Below are positions 1 through 9,263 of a DNA stretch of 64,000 nucleotides, one piece after another. The DNA is from Candidatus Thorarchaeota archaeon. GTDB lineage: Archaea; Asgardarchaeota; Thorarchaeia; Thorarchaeales; Thorarchaeaceae. Location: contig JBHIAE010000007.1 of NCBI GenBank assembly GCA_046758445.1, forward strand, positions 1-64,000, given 5' to 3'. Below the pieces are notes generated by a model. That model ran no database searches. It saw nothing but the letters and a program-made list of their open reading frames with translations, and had not been told where the DNA came from. The position numbers were made by a program, and so were the translations under genes. The first letter of the stretch is position 1. Each line of letters opens with the position of its first letter.

Positions 1-2
1 TT

Positions 3-1592
3 GCGAAATCTCTGACAAATGATGGAGATTCTGTGATTTGCCCTCAATGTTGGGGCATTTTTGACACAAAGAGTGCTGAAAATGAAGCAGAATGCCTTGA
101 TTGTGGTAATAGATTTGTTCCTCGAAAGGCTTCCTACACCAATGGTCGGGAGTACTATTGTCGAAATGAAGAGTGTCAAAATGGGAGAATTGTAGACTGG
201 ATTAGAAGAAATGGTCGGCCGAAGGAGCGAATGTATGCCATTGAGTTTCACTGCAAAGCATGTGAAAACAGAAAGAACCCACGGCTAAAGAACGGTCGTG
301 GCTACAAGACTCCAGATGACTTGGACTTTGAGTTCCTTGAACAGGCAAAGAAGGAATTCACGATGAAAGAGAAGCTCCTTCCAATCCCTAGTACAGCTAT
401 ACCGCTCGGAGTTGAAACAAGACGGGCACTAAATCATGGATACTCAAAGTTCAGGGACATGTTCAATGAGCGTCAGCTGTTAAACTTGGGGAAGATCCTC
501 AGTTGGATCTTGACAATTAGCGACCGTGACCTTAAGGAATTCCTAGTCCTGGCATTTTCAAACTCACTAAAATACAACAATACGTTTGCCAAGTACAATG
601 CTACTCGCGGGTTCATCACAGACATCTTTCGAACACACTCATACTCTCCTTCTATGGCCCCAGTTGAGGCAAACTGCTATGACACCGCACGAGGGAGAGG
701 TGCCTTCACGGCCTTCGTCAATCTAGTTGTTGAGGGCAAGGAATACTGTCGAGCTCCATTTGAGAGAGTAGTTGACGGCAGTTCGGTGTCTAAGATTCAA
801 ACGGGCCGCCCGATAGTCACTAAACTGGCTTCTGACTACGGAGAAATCGGAGATGACAGTAGGGCTCTGCTTCAATGTGGGCCGTCAGAACGAATCGACG
901 TTCCAGACGGTGTTGCAGACGCAGTCATCACAGATCCGCCATACTACGGCAATGTGATGTACTCTGAGCTCTCGAACTTCTTCTATGTCTGGCTGAGGAT
1001 AGCTCTTCAGGATTCGTATGAGCACTTCAGGGAGGAGCTAGTACCATGGAGAGATGAGATTATTGAGAATCGAGTCCAGGAGAAGGGCGAAGAAGAGTTT
1101 CTGGGCGGTCTCACCAAAGTGTTCTCTGAGGCAAGTCGAATACTGAAGGATGATGGTCTCTTGGTCTTTACATTTCACCACAAGAAGGAAGAGGCCTGGG
1201 CGGCTGTATTACAAGCAATACTCGACTCAGGATTCTATGTCACTGCAATCTATCCTGTAAGAAGCGAGATGAAGGCCTCAACACATCTCTATGACATGGC
1301 AAACATCATCTATGACATGGTCATTGTATGCCGAAAGAAACTGAAAACCAGCAAACCGACAACATGGGACTCTGTCAAGAGAAGAATAGCCAAGACAACT
1401 CGTCAGACCATCGATCATCTTGTTGAAAACGGAGAAAGACCAAGTCCACTTGATATACTTGTGATGGCACTTGGCAAGTGCTTGGAACATTACTCAAAGG
1501 AGTATCCAGATGTGGTCCAAGCAGGAAGAAGAGTTGGTGTGCGGGAGGCTCTGGAGTCGATTAGGACCATAGTGGACTCAGAGATCTCTTGA
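3..1592 (+). CDS. Adenine/N4-cytosine DNA methyltransferase with Zn-ribbons (DUF1156/COG1743-like), 5'-truncated by window edge
   Basis: Catalytic TDPPYY motif, several CxxC pairs and the FTFHHK motif typical of this family. The reading frame is open from position 3. Confidence 0.85.
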   Translation, partial: AKSLTNDGDSVICPQCWGIFDTKSAENEAECLDCGNRFVPRKASYTNGREYYCRNEECQNGRIVDWIRRNGRPKERMYAIEFHCKACENRKNPRLKNGRGYKTPDDLDFEFLEQAKKEFTMKEKLLPIPSTAIPLGVETRRALNHGYSKFRDMFNERQLLNLGKILSWILTISDRDLKEFLVLAFSNSLKYNNTFAKYNATRGFITDIFRTHSYSPSMAPVEANCYDTARGRGAFTAFVNLVVEGKEYCRAPFERVVDGSSVSKIQTGRPIVTKLASDYGEIGDDSRALLQCGPSERIDVPDGVADAVITDPPYYGNVMYSELSNFFYVWLRIALQDSYEHFREELVPWRDEIIENRVQEKGEEEFLGGLTKVFSEASRILKDDGLLVFTFHHKKEEAWAAVLQAILDSGFYVTAIYPVRSEMKASTHLYDMANIIYDMVIVCRKKLKTSKPTTWDSVKRRIAKTTRQTIDHLVENGERPSPLDILVMALGKCLEHYSKEYPDVVQAGRRVGVREALESIRTIVDSEIS

Positions 1593-1637
1593 AACGGACA
1601 CTATTGTTTCTACAGGAGTAAGTAAGCCGATGTCATT

Positions 1638-2647
1638 CTAAAGATGCATGAAGAGTGTCAGAATCTCCAAGAGAACGAAATGCATGGTTGCCACAACTAG
1701 AAGCTCCGTTACAGCTTTCAAGTCTACAAGCCAAGTGCTCTTGCTTCTCACATTCCACTCGTACTGAGTCAAGTAGACTAGATTCAACATCTCGGTGGTC
1801 TTTTGTTCATCCATGCTTCCAACGATTTCCTCCAGATGCCAGGGCCCTAGTTTCTTCTTTTGCTCTAGAATCCGTGTCTGCATCTCATCTTTTGCTCTTC
1901 TCAGCATCCTATGGAACAAATAGTGTGGGAAAAGGAAGATGATAATCGGTAGAAACAGTGCTAAGGCGAGATTCAGGAACGACCTTATTTCCCCAGAGTA
2001 GAGCAATACAGGAACGTTTGTTAGTGCACTCATGATGAACGCTACAACTGTGACTCCTACTACGAGATCCCCCCAGAGCTTGCGTATGATGGGCCGTCCC
2101 TCTTCCAATACGTACTCGGAGTCTATCGGGATTCTTTCGCAGAGCCTATGGATATTCAAATGGCACGCAACGACTGCACCAAACATGATCCCCGCATAGG
2201 CTGGTAATACAAATGCCACAAGCATCAAGTAGTACATATCGAAAAGAATAGGACTATTGTAGTCTACCCACCAAAGCCGTTGCGTCCAAGCCCAAAGCAT
2301 TATGGGCAAGAATATGACACCAAAGACCAGAATTCTAAGATTAGTGAGCCTCTTCATGTTGGTTCTCACGATCTCTTCGAACTCTTCGTCCGAAACTAAG
2401 AAGGCGCTTCTAATCGCAAGGGTGGCTCTTTCGTGACTCTCTCGAAAGTGGGGCATGATCCAGGTCCCTATTGTGATGCCAGCAAGAAACATGCCCAAGG
2501 ATAGTCCAGAAGGAAACTCTGAAAGTTGTCTGTAAAGAACGAAAGTACGACGCCGACTAGGTATAGGATTGGGCCCAGTATCCAAAGAGGAGGAGGCTTG
2601 AATTCCCTTTGGTTGGCCAACTGCTCTTCTCTGGTTTCTGTCTGCAT
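1638..2647 (-). pseudogene. Multi-pass membrane protein with an apparent frameshift near 2490-2500
   Basis: The ORF 1638-2585 has about 6 hydrophobic segments but an unnatural N-terminus. An ATG at 2647 in another frame gives MQTETREEQLANQREFKPPPLWILGPILYLVGVVLSFF...DYPW, which joins naturally to GMFLAGITIG. Confidence 0.5.
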
Positions 2648-2743
2648 CAGATTCAGCCCTAGCTAGTCTGGGACATTCGACTCTATTAGACTACCGACCG
2701 AACCAAACAGGTTTTATCTTGTCGTAACAAGGGCCCAGAGAGG

Positions 2744-2968
2744 ATGACAATGTCGGGCCGAATATGCAATGTAGAGAAGAACAAGGCAGGTTGTGAGTGT
2801 AGCTATCCAGGTTGCTCGCGGAAGGGGTACTGTTGTGACTGCCTTGACTATCACTGGAAACATCGAGAGCTCCCGGGTTGCTTGTTTCCTCCTGAGGCTG
2901 AGAAGACATACAACCGGTCTCTAGAGTATTTCTTGGAAGTCTGGAATGAGAAGATGGGGAAGAAATAA
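2744..2968 (+). CDS. Small Cys-rich protein (DUF6485-like)
   Basis: CxCxYxxCxRxGxCCxCxxxH...ELPxCxF pattern; GGAT/GAGG-like RBS upstream. Confidence 0.75.
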   Translation: MTMSGRICNVEKNKAGCECSYPGCSRKGYCCDCLDYHWKHRELPGCLFPPEAEKTYNRSLEYFLEVWNEKMGKK

Positions 2969-2987
2969 GGAAGAATACGACCACTAT

Positions 2988-4082
2988 TTATCCAGCGCCC
3001 AGCTCTAGACCGTTTCTGGTTTCATAGACAGATCGTATCACCTTGAGGGCTTCGAGTGTTATCCATTTGCTGGGCCTTCCTTTCTGTTCAAGGTTGGTCT
3101 GCATTCGACCGATAGGTGAGCTCTCGAGTATCCAGCTGCCATCTTCTTGTTGTTTCTCCAGCAAGATCTGTAGAGCATCATCTATCCGTTCATCATCTGC
3201 ATACCCAGTCTTGCAAACGACAGACAGGCCGCGTAGAATGTCGTAGAAGAACTGTGGGAATCCAAGTTCCAGCCAAGACTCCTTTATCACTCTGAACCCA
3301 TGATGATCCGCTTTGAAGAGCCTATGCATCAACAAGAACTCAACGCCTGCCTCAATGGATCTGGTAATTCCCAAAGTTCTCTTACCAGCTAGTAGTTCAG
3401 AGAATGCATCTAATGGTGTGATCGTGCCCATGAAACAGCCATGTCTGTCGTTCTTATGAGAACTCCAGTAGGGACAGAGCCATCCTCCGTCTTCGAACTG
3501 CACTTCCACAAGCCACTTCAGTGCCTTCTTGACGCGTCTGTCAGAAGAGTAGCCTAGTCGGATGAGAGCCAGACACATATTCCCAGTGAGACAGGTGAAT
3601 TGGCATTCGTGTATCCTTTCCGGAATCCACTGGCTTTCTGATGGCGGCTCTCTTCCCTTCTCCAGTGCCCTATTCTTGACCCACTTGTAATCTCTTCGCG
3701 CTCCGTCCTCCCCATACTTGGCGAACCCACCCTCTCCATGTTGGAATTGGACCACGTGTTCCACGGCCTCCTTGACTCCTGGCATGGTCCGGTCCAGACC
3801 TAACATGCCGAGAATCATGACCTGCCAGTAGGATGACTTGTATTTTGTTCGATAGGGTTCTGTGGGTGATTTCCAGTGTCCTTTGGAGCTCTGTTTACTC
3901 AGGATTTTGGTCACTTTTCGGTCAGAAACAATCGCATCTCGTGTATCAAGAACGTCACGATGGTCAGGAGGAAGGTCAAGAAGATGGATGAGTGTATTGT
4001 AGCGGACTGAAGGGTTGTCTTCCGACAACAGCCATTCAAGAGGATTGGCCTTTAGAACTGTGATCCATTCGCTCAAGCACAA
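2988..4082 (-). CDS. Prenyltransferase/squalene-oxidase-repeat (alpha/alpha toroid) protein
   Basis: Repeated QxxDGGW/QxxDGSW motifs (QFEDGGW, QQEDGSW), N-terminal WLLxEDNPSVRY and C-terminal PSKWIT. True start is probably the TTG at 4076. Confidence 0.75.
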   Translation of the reverse strand: MCLSEWITVLKANPLEWLLSEDNPSVRYNTLIHLLDLPPDHRDVLDTRDAIVSDRKVTKILSKQSSKGHWKSPTEPYRTKYKSSYWQVMILGMLGLDRTMPGVKEAVEHVVQFQHGEGGFAKYGEDGARRDYKWVKNRALEKGREPPSESQWIPERIHECQFTCLTGNMCLALIRLGYSSDRRVKKALKWLVEVQFEDGGWLCPYWSSHKNDRHGCFMGTITPLDAFSELLAGKRTLGITRSIEAGVEFLLMHRLFKADHHGFRVIKESWLELGFPQFFYDILRGLSVVCKTGYADDERIDDALQILLEKQQEDGSWILESSPIGRMQTNLEQKGRPSKWITLEALKVIRSVYETRNGLELGAG

Positions 4083-4157
4083 GACCCCGAGATTCTCAGA
4101 TTGTCATCAACGTTCTTAAGCAGTTCTAAATCGGGCCTGTCACACTCGAACAGACTT

Positions 4158-4754
4158 TCAGCGCTCTGTCCCATCTGAATGAGGCTCCCTTTTTGTGGAA
4201 CGGATCCCAATGAATCTGGGAACACGCTTTCGATATTCCACATACTCTGCTCCAAACAGGTCTTCTAACCATGGTTCTTCACTAAGAGGCGCAAGAGCAT
4301 ACATCAGAATCAGTAGAATTCCAGTCAAGAGAGCCAGATACGAACTTGTGACAAGAATCACCGAGGCATAGAAGAGTATTAGGGCTGTGTACTGAGGATT
4401 TCGTGTATATCGATACGGACCAGACGTCACAAGTTCTCCCTCAAGCCCTAGACTCTGATGTAAACTTAGTGTCTGTAGTCCCCAGAAGACTAGAATGGAA
4501 GAAGCTGGAATGGTGATTCCTCCCACCAAGAATCGTGTCCAGTGAATTGGCCCAAGAGACTCCCAATCAAGTACCCCAATGACTGGAACGCCCACAGATG
4601 CTATTGTGATAAGGATCCAAGAAACCCAGTACTGCCAAGACATCTTGTCTGGAGGCGGCCAGATACGATATTGGGGGAATAGTATGCTGAAGACAACTCC
4701 AAGAAGCAGTAGTATGTCGGTCAAAAGAACAATATTGAAGAGAACTAGAACCAA
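4158..4754 (-). CDS. Isoprenylcysteine carboxyl methyltransferase / PEMT family membrane methyltransferase
   Basis: LVTSGPYRYTRNPQY and EEPWLxxxFGxEYxxYxxxVPRF signature motifs; multiple TM helices. Confidence 0.85.
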   Translation of the reverse strand: MVLVLFNIVLLTDILLLLGVVFSILFPQYRIWPPPDKMSWQYWVSWILITIASVGVPVIGVLDWESLGPIHWTRFLVGGITIPASSILVFWGLQTLSLHQSLGLEGELVTSGPYRYTRNPQYTALILFYASVILVTSSYLALLTGILLILMYALAPLSEEPWLEDLFGAEYVEYRKRVPRFIGIRSTKREPHSDGTER

Positions 4755-4757
4755 GAC

Positions 4758-4904
4758 CTATTCCCAGCCTTCTTTTATCGAGTCCCACTCTCGGAGACAT
4801 TCATCCATACTCTCGGTACATTCCGATTCATCCTTCCTGGCCAAGAGAATCATTGCAGCCATGAACAGCAGCGTGGCAGCAATGACTCCAAGTTCTATCA
4901 ACAT
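4758..4904 (-). CDS. Small single-pass membrane protein
   Basis: 48 aa with a hydrophobic N-terminus and acidic tail; fits compactly between co-oriented genes. Confidence 0.5.
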   Translation of the reverse strand: MLIELGVIAATLLFMAAMILLARKDESECTESMDECLREWDSIKEGWE

Positions 4905-4923
4905 GATCAGTTCGAACCTACCT

Positions 4924-5235
4924 TCACGTGATCTTCTCGAATTCCACTTGGAGCACAGAACCGCAGTATGGACATTCCACACTGCTAGGGCCAGTCCAGT
5001 TCACCCTTTCAATATGGATGACCCCACCACAGTTGCGACATTTCTCTGGAACCCGTGGTATCAGTATTGTAGATGTTCTGCTAGTTCCTCTTGACCCGGA
5101 TTCCTTGGAGCGTCTTGCCCTCACTTTGTTTCTTCGTCTTCCTATCTTAGGTCCGCATCTCAATTGTTTCTCTTCCTCATGTTCTTCTCCAGAGTCAATT
5201 AGGCGTACGGATGTACACATCTGCAATGAACACAC
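4924..5235 (-). CDS. Zinc-ribbon protein
   Basis: CRNCG...CPYCG pair at the C-terminus. True start is probably the GTG near 5124. Confidence 0.65.
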   Translation of the reverse strand: MCSLQMCTSVRLIDSGEEHEEEKQLRCGPKIGRRRNKVRARRSKESGSRGTSRTSTILIPRVPEKCRNCGGVIHIERVNWTGPSSVECPYCGSVLQVEFEKIT

Positions 5236-5428
5236 CAGTTAGAATGATATGTCCAATTGGAACTAGTATGAAGGGATAAGTCAGGTAGAGGGCCCAGTTT
5301 CCTGTCAGCAAAGGCCAGTGCAGGAATGGCAATGCTATCAGCAGGCCGACACCAAGTACCTTATCACCCATGGCCAAGTAGCCCAATCCCCATATGATGT
5401 TCAATAGAGCGTTTCTAGTCTTGTTCAT
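5195..5428 (-). CDS. Small membrane protein
   Basis: 77 aa from ATG 5428; NIIWGLGYLAMG motif followed by hydrophobic helices. Confidence 0.6.
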   Translation of the reverse strand: MNKTRNALLNIIWGLGYLAMGDKVLGVGLLIALPFLHWPLLTGNWALYLTYPFILVPIGHIILTGVFIADVYIRTPN

Positions 5429-5650
5429 AATCGTAGCCTGTTCCAGTTTACTCTCATGGCCGCTCAGGAAATACGAATGTATCGGCCACGATATATTGGT
5501 CACATCAGTATGTATAAATATATCGGTACCGATATGTCTGTGTAGATAAGAGTCCTTGGATCAATTCGTGCGAAGATGTCGTTTCTTTTTGCAGTCTGTG
5601 ACCTAAAGAACTACGACTGGAATCTCATAGCATCATTTGGAGATGAGTAG

Positions 5651-5725
5651 ATGAAGGAGAAGCATAGGCAGATGGAACATAGACAGCGGCATGGTGGTCA
5701 TCATGAGATGATGGCTCATGAGTAA
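5651..5725 (+). CDS. Putative His/Met-rich 24-aa peptide MKEKHRQMEHRQRHGGHHEMMAHE
   Basis: Read directly from the sequence; GGAGA RBS-like element upstream; below the ORF-track cutoff. Confidence 0.35.
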   Translation: MKEKHRQMEHRQRHGGHHEMMAHE

Positions 5726-5813
5726 TTGCTTGAAAACATTCATTCAAAGACTGCCTGTTTCCACCAGCTTATCTTCTTTTCTTGGCCCTAAGGGAAAGGA
5801 AGGAAGACTCTTG

Positions 5814-6818
5814 ATGTTTCCCTGTGATATTCGCATTCAGATCACCTCAGAATGCAACCAGTACTGTAGTCATTGTTTTGCGTCCAGCAATGATGGAACG
5901 ATGACTGAGGAGCTAAGTGATACAGAGTTTCTCAACATTATCGACCAGATTACCCGTCAAGAGTTAGATGCGATTTGCATCACGGGAGGGGAACCGTTGG
6001 TCAGATCCGGGCTTGTTTTCAAGATACTCGAACGACTGCAGAATCATTCTGCTATTAAGACCATCAACACAAATGGCTGGTTCTTGACCAGACAACTCGC
6101 TATGCGACTAGAAGAAGCTGGACTCGACACAGTCCAGATTAGTCTGGACAGCAGCATCAAGGAGAAACATGATTCTTTTCGAGGATTGAGCGGTTCACAC
6201 GATCGAGCCCTGGAAGCGATAAAGCACTCTGTCAAAGCCGGATTGGAAACCCATGTTAGGGTCACGATAACTCCCTTCAACTTTGATGAGATGCCTGCTA
6301 TTTTGGATTTGGCTCTCTCAAAAGGTGCTCACAGATTGGTCGTGAAGCCTCTCGTTCCGTCAGGGAGGGCTTCACTCTCTTGTGAACCTGTTTCTCCAGA
6401 ACAGCACAAGAAGGCAGTCATGGACCTCATCAGCCTGACTGGCAGGAATCGAGAAGAGACTCGCGATTATGTCCAGTTTCTCGCTCCATGTCTTCCATTC
6501 TTGGTTGACCGAGAGTACGTCAAATACAGTGAATCCTGTGAGTGTGGAGATGGTCTTGCGTTCATCACAAGCAGTGGTGACGTACAACCTTGTGGTTATG
6601 CTCATCTAGTCTTGGGCAATCTGCTGGAAACATCTCTTGAGCACATTTGGAGCAGCTCTGCAATCATACGTAGATGGAGAAACGGAAGACTCAATGGCAA
6701 GTGTCTGACTTGTGAATTTGGTGAGATCTGTCGAGGTGGTTGCCGTGCAATAGCCTACGAAACTACAGGCAATCTGACATCCCCAGACCCAACATGTTGG
6801 CAGGAGGACTTAGGGTGA
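5814..6818 (+). CDS. Radical SAM protein with SPASM domain
   Basis: CNQYCSHC (CxxxCxxC), TGGEP, and C-terminal CxCG...GDVQPC...CLTC...CRGGCRA...DPTC. The ORF track starts at 5718; ATG 5814 is preferred. Confidence 0.9.
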   Translation: MFPCDIRIQITSECNQYCSHCFASSNDGTMTEELSDTEFLNIIDQITRQELDAICITGGEPLVRSGLVFKILERLQNHSAIKTINTNGWFLTRQLAMRLEEAGLDTVQISLDSSIKEKHDSFRGLSGSHDRALEAIKHSVKAGLETHVRVTITPFNFDEMPAILDLALSKGAHRLVVKPLVPSGRASLSCEPVSPEQHKKAVMDLISLTGRNREETRDYVQFLAPCLPFLVDREYVKYSESCECGDGLAFITSSGDVQPCGYAHLVLGNLLETSLEHIWSSSAIIRRWRNGRLNGKCLTCEFGEICRGGCRAIAYETTGNLTSPDPTCWQEDLG

Positions 6819-6820
6819 TA

Positions 6821-7723
6821 ATGCCCACACACGCCAGAGCAGTGAAAGTAGTCACGCAAGCCGAGTTTCCTCAGATAGGCAAAATCATAGGCTCTCTTAC
6901 CTACGAAACAACTGAGTATTGCATATACCTCGACGAACATAGTGAGAATGTCATTGGAGTGTATAGAGTATCATCTAGTCAAGAGCAAGAACCCTTCACC
7001 AGAATAGTGGGACTTGAAGAGATTGCACCGAACTTTCCAAAGCGCCTGATTCAAGATTCAAGATTGGATGTTGGCAGCCCTCTTCAGATCCTGAGCTATC
7101 TAGAGAAGCATGGAGCAGGCAGTAGTGGTCCAGAGGTTTTTGCCTTCTTAGCAAAGCATGACCATATGACTTTCGCATATTGTGACACACCTGTTAGCAT
7201 CCCTGAAATACAGGTAATCGACGTGATTCCTCCGTCACCAAGCAAACTGGAAATAGGATTCAGAATCCTACAACAGGCAGGTGTGATTCCTATCGACTAC
7301 CCTGTCAGGTACGGTCTAATTGATGAAACTGAGTTGCTTGAAGAAGTTGATTCCGATCCTGTTCTGATTCCTTGCAAGCTCGGTGACATGGCCGGCAGCT
7401 TGAATGGAAGAGTCTTCTCCGTTGACAAGACCCTTCATCAGCTGGATGACAAGCATGTACGTGTCTTGGGTTGCACAAGAACCATGCAGGCGGCACAGGC
7501 TCACGGACTTGATATCATAGATTTCAAGAGTATATGTCCAATGGACAATCTTCCTGACAATGGGTTCTTCATGGCAAAATGCTGCATGTTGAGGTCTGGC
7601 GTTGAACAACATGAAAACGGGCAGGGCATAGGTGTAGTCGTTCCTTGGGGGTTTGATTATGCTCAGATGTTCGAAGCTGGTATTCTACTGCAAAACATGA
7701 TTGTTAAGAGCCTCGTCGACTGA
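6821..7723 (+). CDS. Conserved hypothetical Cys-containing protein (tentatively DUF7714-like)
   Basis: Starts 2 nt after the rSAM gene with a GGTGA RBS; conserved-looking IPC, GC, ICP, KCC and VPWG motifs. Confidence 0.6.
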   Translation: MPTHARAVKVVTQAEFPQIGKIIGSLTYETTEYCIYLDEHSENVIGVYRVSSSQEQEPFTRIVGLEEIAPNFPKRLIQDSRLDVGSPLQILSYLEKHGAGSSGPEVFAFLAKHDHMTFAYCDTPVSIPEIQVIDVIPPSPSKLEIGFRILQQAGVIPIDYPVRYGLIDETELLEEVDSDPVLIPCKLGDMAGSLNGRVFSVDKTLHQLDDKHVRVLGCTRTMQAAQAHGLDIIDFKSICPMDNLPDNGFFMAKCCMLRSGVEQHENGQGIGVVVPWGFDYAQMFEAGILLQNMIVKSLVD

Positions 7724-7892
7724 GTGCCATATGCGTGCTCACTCTTTCATTCATTACTGGGAATCGCGTTCTCACAAACAGAAGCTTTCTACGACTGATC
7801 AGTGTCTTACTCCCATTCTTCTGCCCAAGGGGGTCAGAAAGCTACTGATGCCAGTAAAAGCTAGCAGATATCAAAACTACAAGGAAAACCTA

Positions 7893-8000
7893 TGGCGGGC
7901 ACGCCAGGATTCGAACCTGGGACATCTTGCTCCGAAGGCAAGCGCCCTATGAACCTCTTAGGGGTCAAAGCCCCGAAAGTCCAGGCTAGACTACGTGCCC
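7893..8000 (-). tRNA. tRNA-Arg(TCG) with 30-nt D-loop intron (7951-7980)
   Basis: Acceptor GGGCACG/CGTGCCC+GCCA, TTCGAAT T-loop, CT-TCG-GA anticodon loop. Insert forms a BHB (GCCT/AGGT helix, GG^A and TC^A bulges). Confidence 0.92.
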
Positions 8001-8047
8001 GAAACCTCGAGCCTCAATATGCTCTTAAGACCTTCCATGGGATGAAT

Positions 8048-9085
8048 TCAAGATTCGAGCAGGCTACGCATCTTCTCCTCATTGGGGCTTTCGATTACTC
8101 CCCTGTCCGTGATTATTGCAGTGATCAGCTCAGGAGGTGTAGTATCAAACGCCGGGTTGTAGACCTTCGCATTGGGAACCGTGACGTACTCGTTATTGAT
8201 GATTCGAATCTCGTTCGGATCGCGCTCTTCAATCACGACGTCTTCAGGGTCGGTTTCCCAGTCAATTGTGGACATGGGAATTGCAACATAGAACGGGACG
8301 TTGTGATGCTTTGCCGTTATTGCCATGGTGTAGGTGCCGATCTTGTTGGTAACATGACCGGTTCTGAAGGTCCTGTCTGAGCCGACCACGCAGCAGTCAA
8401 TCCGACCCTCTTTGAACACGGTCCCTATCATTCCATCTGTGATCAGTGTGGTGTCAATATGGTCTTGCATGAATTCATAGACTGTTAGTCGTGCGCCCTG
8501 TTGTCTTGGACGCGTTTCTGCGGCATAGACTTTGATGTCACCATCATACTTCTCGTGGGCGACTCGGACCACGGCACCGACAGTTCCTAGGTGGACTGTT
8601 GCCAGAGAACCAGCATTACAGATTGTCTGGATTGTGAACCCTGGTTTGATGAAGGGCAGGGCATTGTCACCTATACTCCGGCACATCCTCACGTCTTCTT
8701 CAGCTATCTCCTTTGCTTCGTCTATTAGTGTCTGGATAATCGCATCCACGGCGCCCTCGGCACTGCGTGCCACGTCCAGCATTCTTGAGGTGGCCCAGAT
8801 TAGATTAACAGCAGTTGGCCGTGTGTTAAGAGTCACGGCAGCCTTCTCAAGGAAGTCAAGCAGTTCTTCCTTGGTCCTGGCTTTGCTCTCAATCGCTGCC
8901 AACGCCATGCCCATGCCAGCAGCTGCACCTATTGCTGGAGCCCCGCGAATCTCCATCACCTTGATGGCTTGGGCCATACGTTCATGCTTTGAGGTAACAA
9001 TGTTTGAGTTCACAAGAGGAAGCTTCGTCTGATCGACGAGTCTGACTTCATCCGTGTCATCTAGCCATTCAATCGTTCTGAACAT
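8048..9085 (-). CDS. mtnA: S-methyl-5-thioribose-1-phosphate isomerase
   Basis: VDQTKLP, IRGAPAIG, RPTAVNL, CNAGSLAT, ETRP.QGARLT, NKIGT and NPAFDxTP motifs. Confidence 0.9.
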   Translation of the reverse strand: MFRTIEWLDDTDEVRLVDQTKLPLVNSNIVTSKHERMAQAIKVMEIRGAPAIGAAAGMGMALAAIESKARTKEELLDFLEKAAVTLNTRPTAVNLIWATSRMLDVARSAEGAVDAIIQTLIDEAKEIAEEDVRMCRSIGDNALPFIKPGFTIQTICNAGSLATVHLGTVGAVVRVAHEKYDGDIKVYAAETRPRQQGARLTVYEFMQDHIDTTLITDGMIGTVFKEGRIDCCVVGSDRTFRTGHVTNKIGTYTMAITAKHHNVPFYVAIPMSTIDWETDPEDVVIEERDPNEIRIINNEYVTVPNAKVYNPAFDTTPPELITAIITDRGVIESPNEEKMRSLLES

Positions 9086-9263
9086 CTTCTAGTCCTCTCA
9101 ATATTGTTTCGGCATGGTTCTCAGGGCGCTAATAGTCTTCTCAACATCCTTCTGAGTGTTTATGAAGGTCACATCTGTTCTCAGAGTCAAAGGGGCTATA
9201 GACCTTACCATACGTCACGTCGGAAGTTTTTTCACGCTTCTCAATGGGGAGAAGCTCCAAGGC

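Noticed and set aside
2988-4082. Possible 'NifH' label often attached to this family
   Set aside because: No P-loop or NifH Cys motifs; the sequence has QxxDGxW toroid repeats.
7892-8380. 162-aa ORF beginning MAGTPGFEPG
   Set aside because: Antisense reading of tRNA-Arg and mtnA. The same applies to ORFs 17029-17322 and 56796-56984, which overlap tRNAs.
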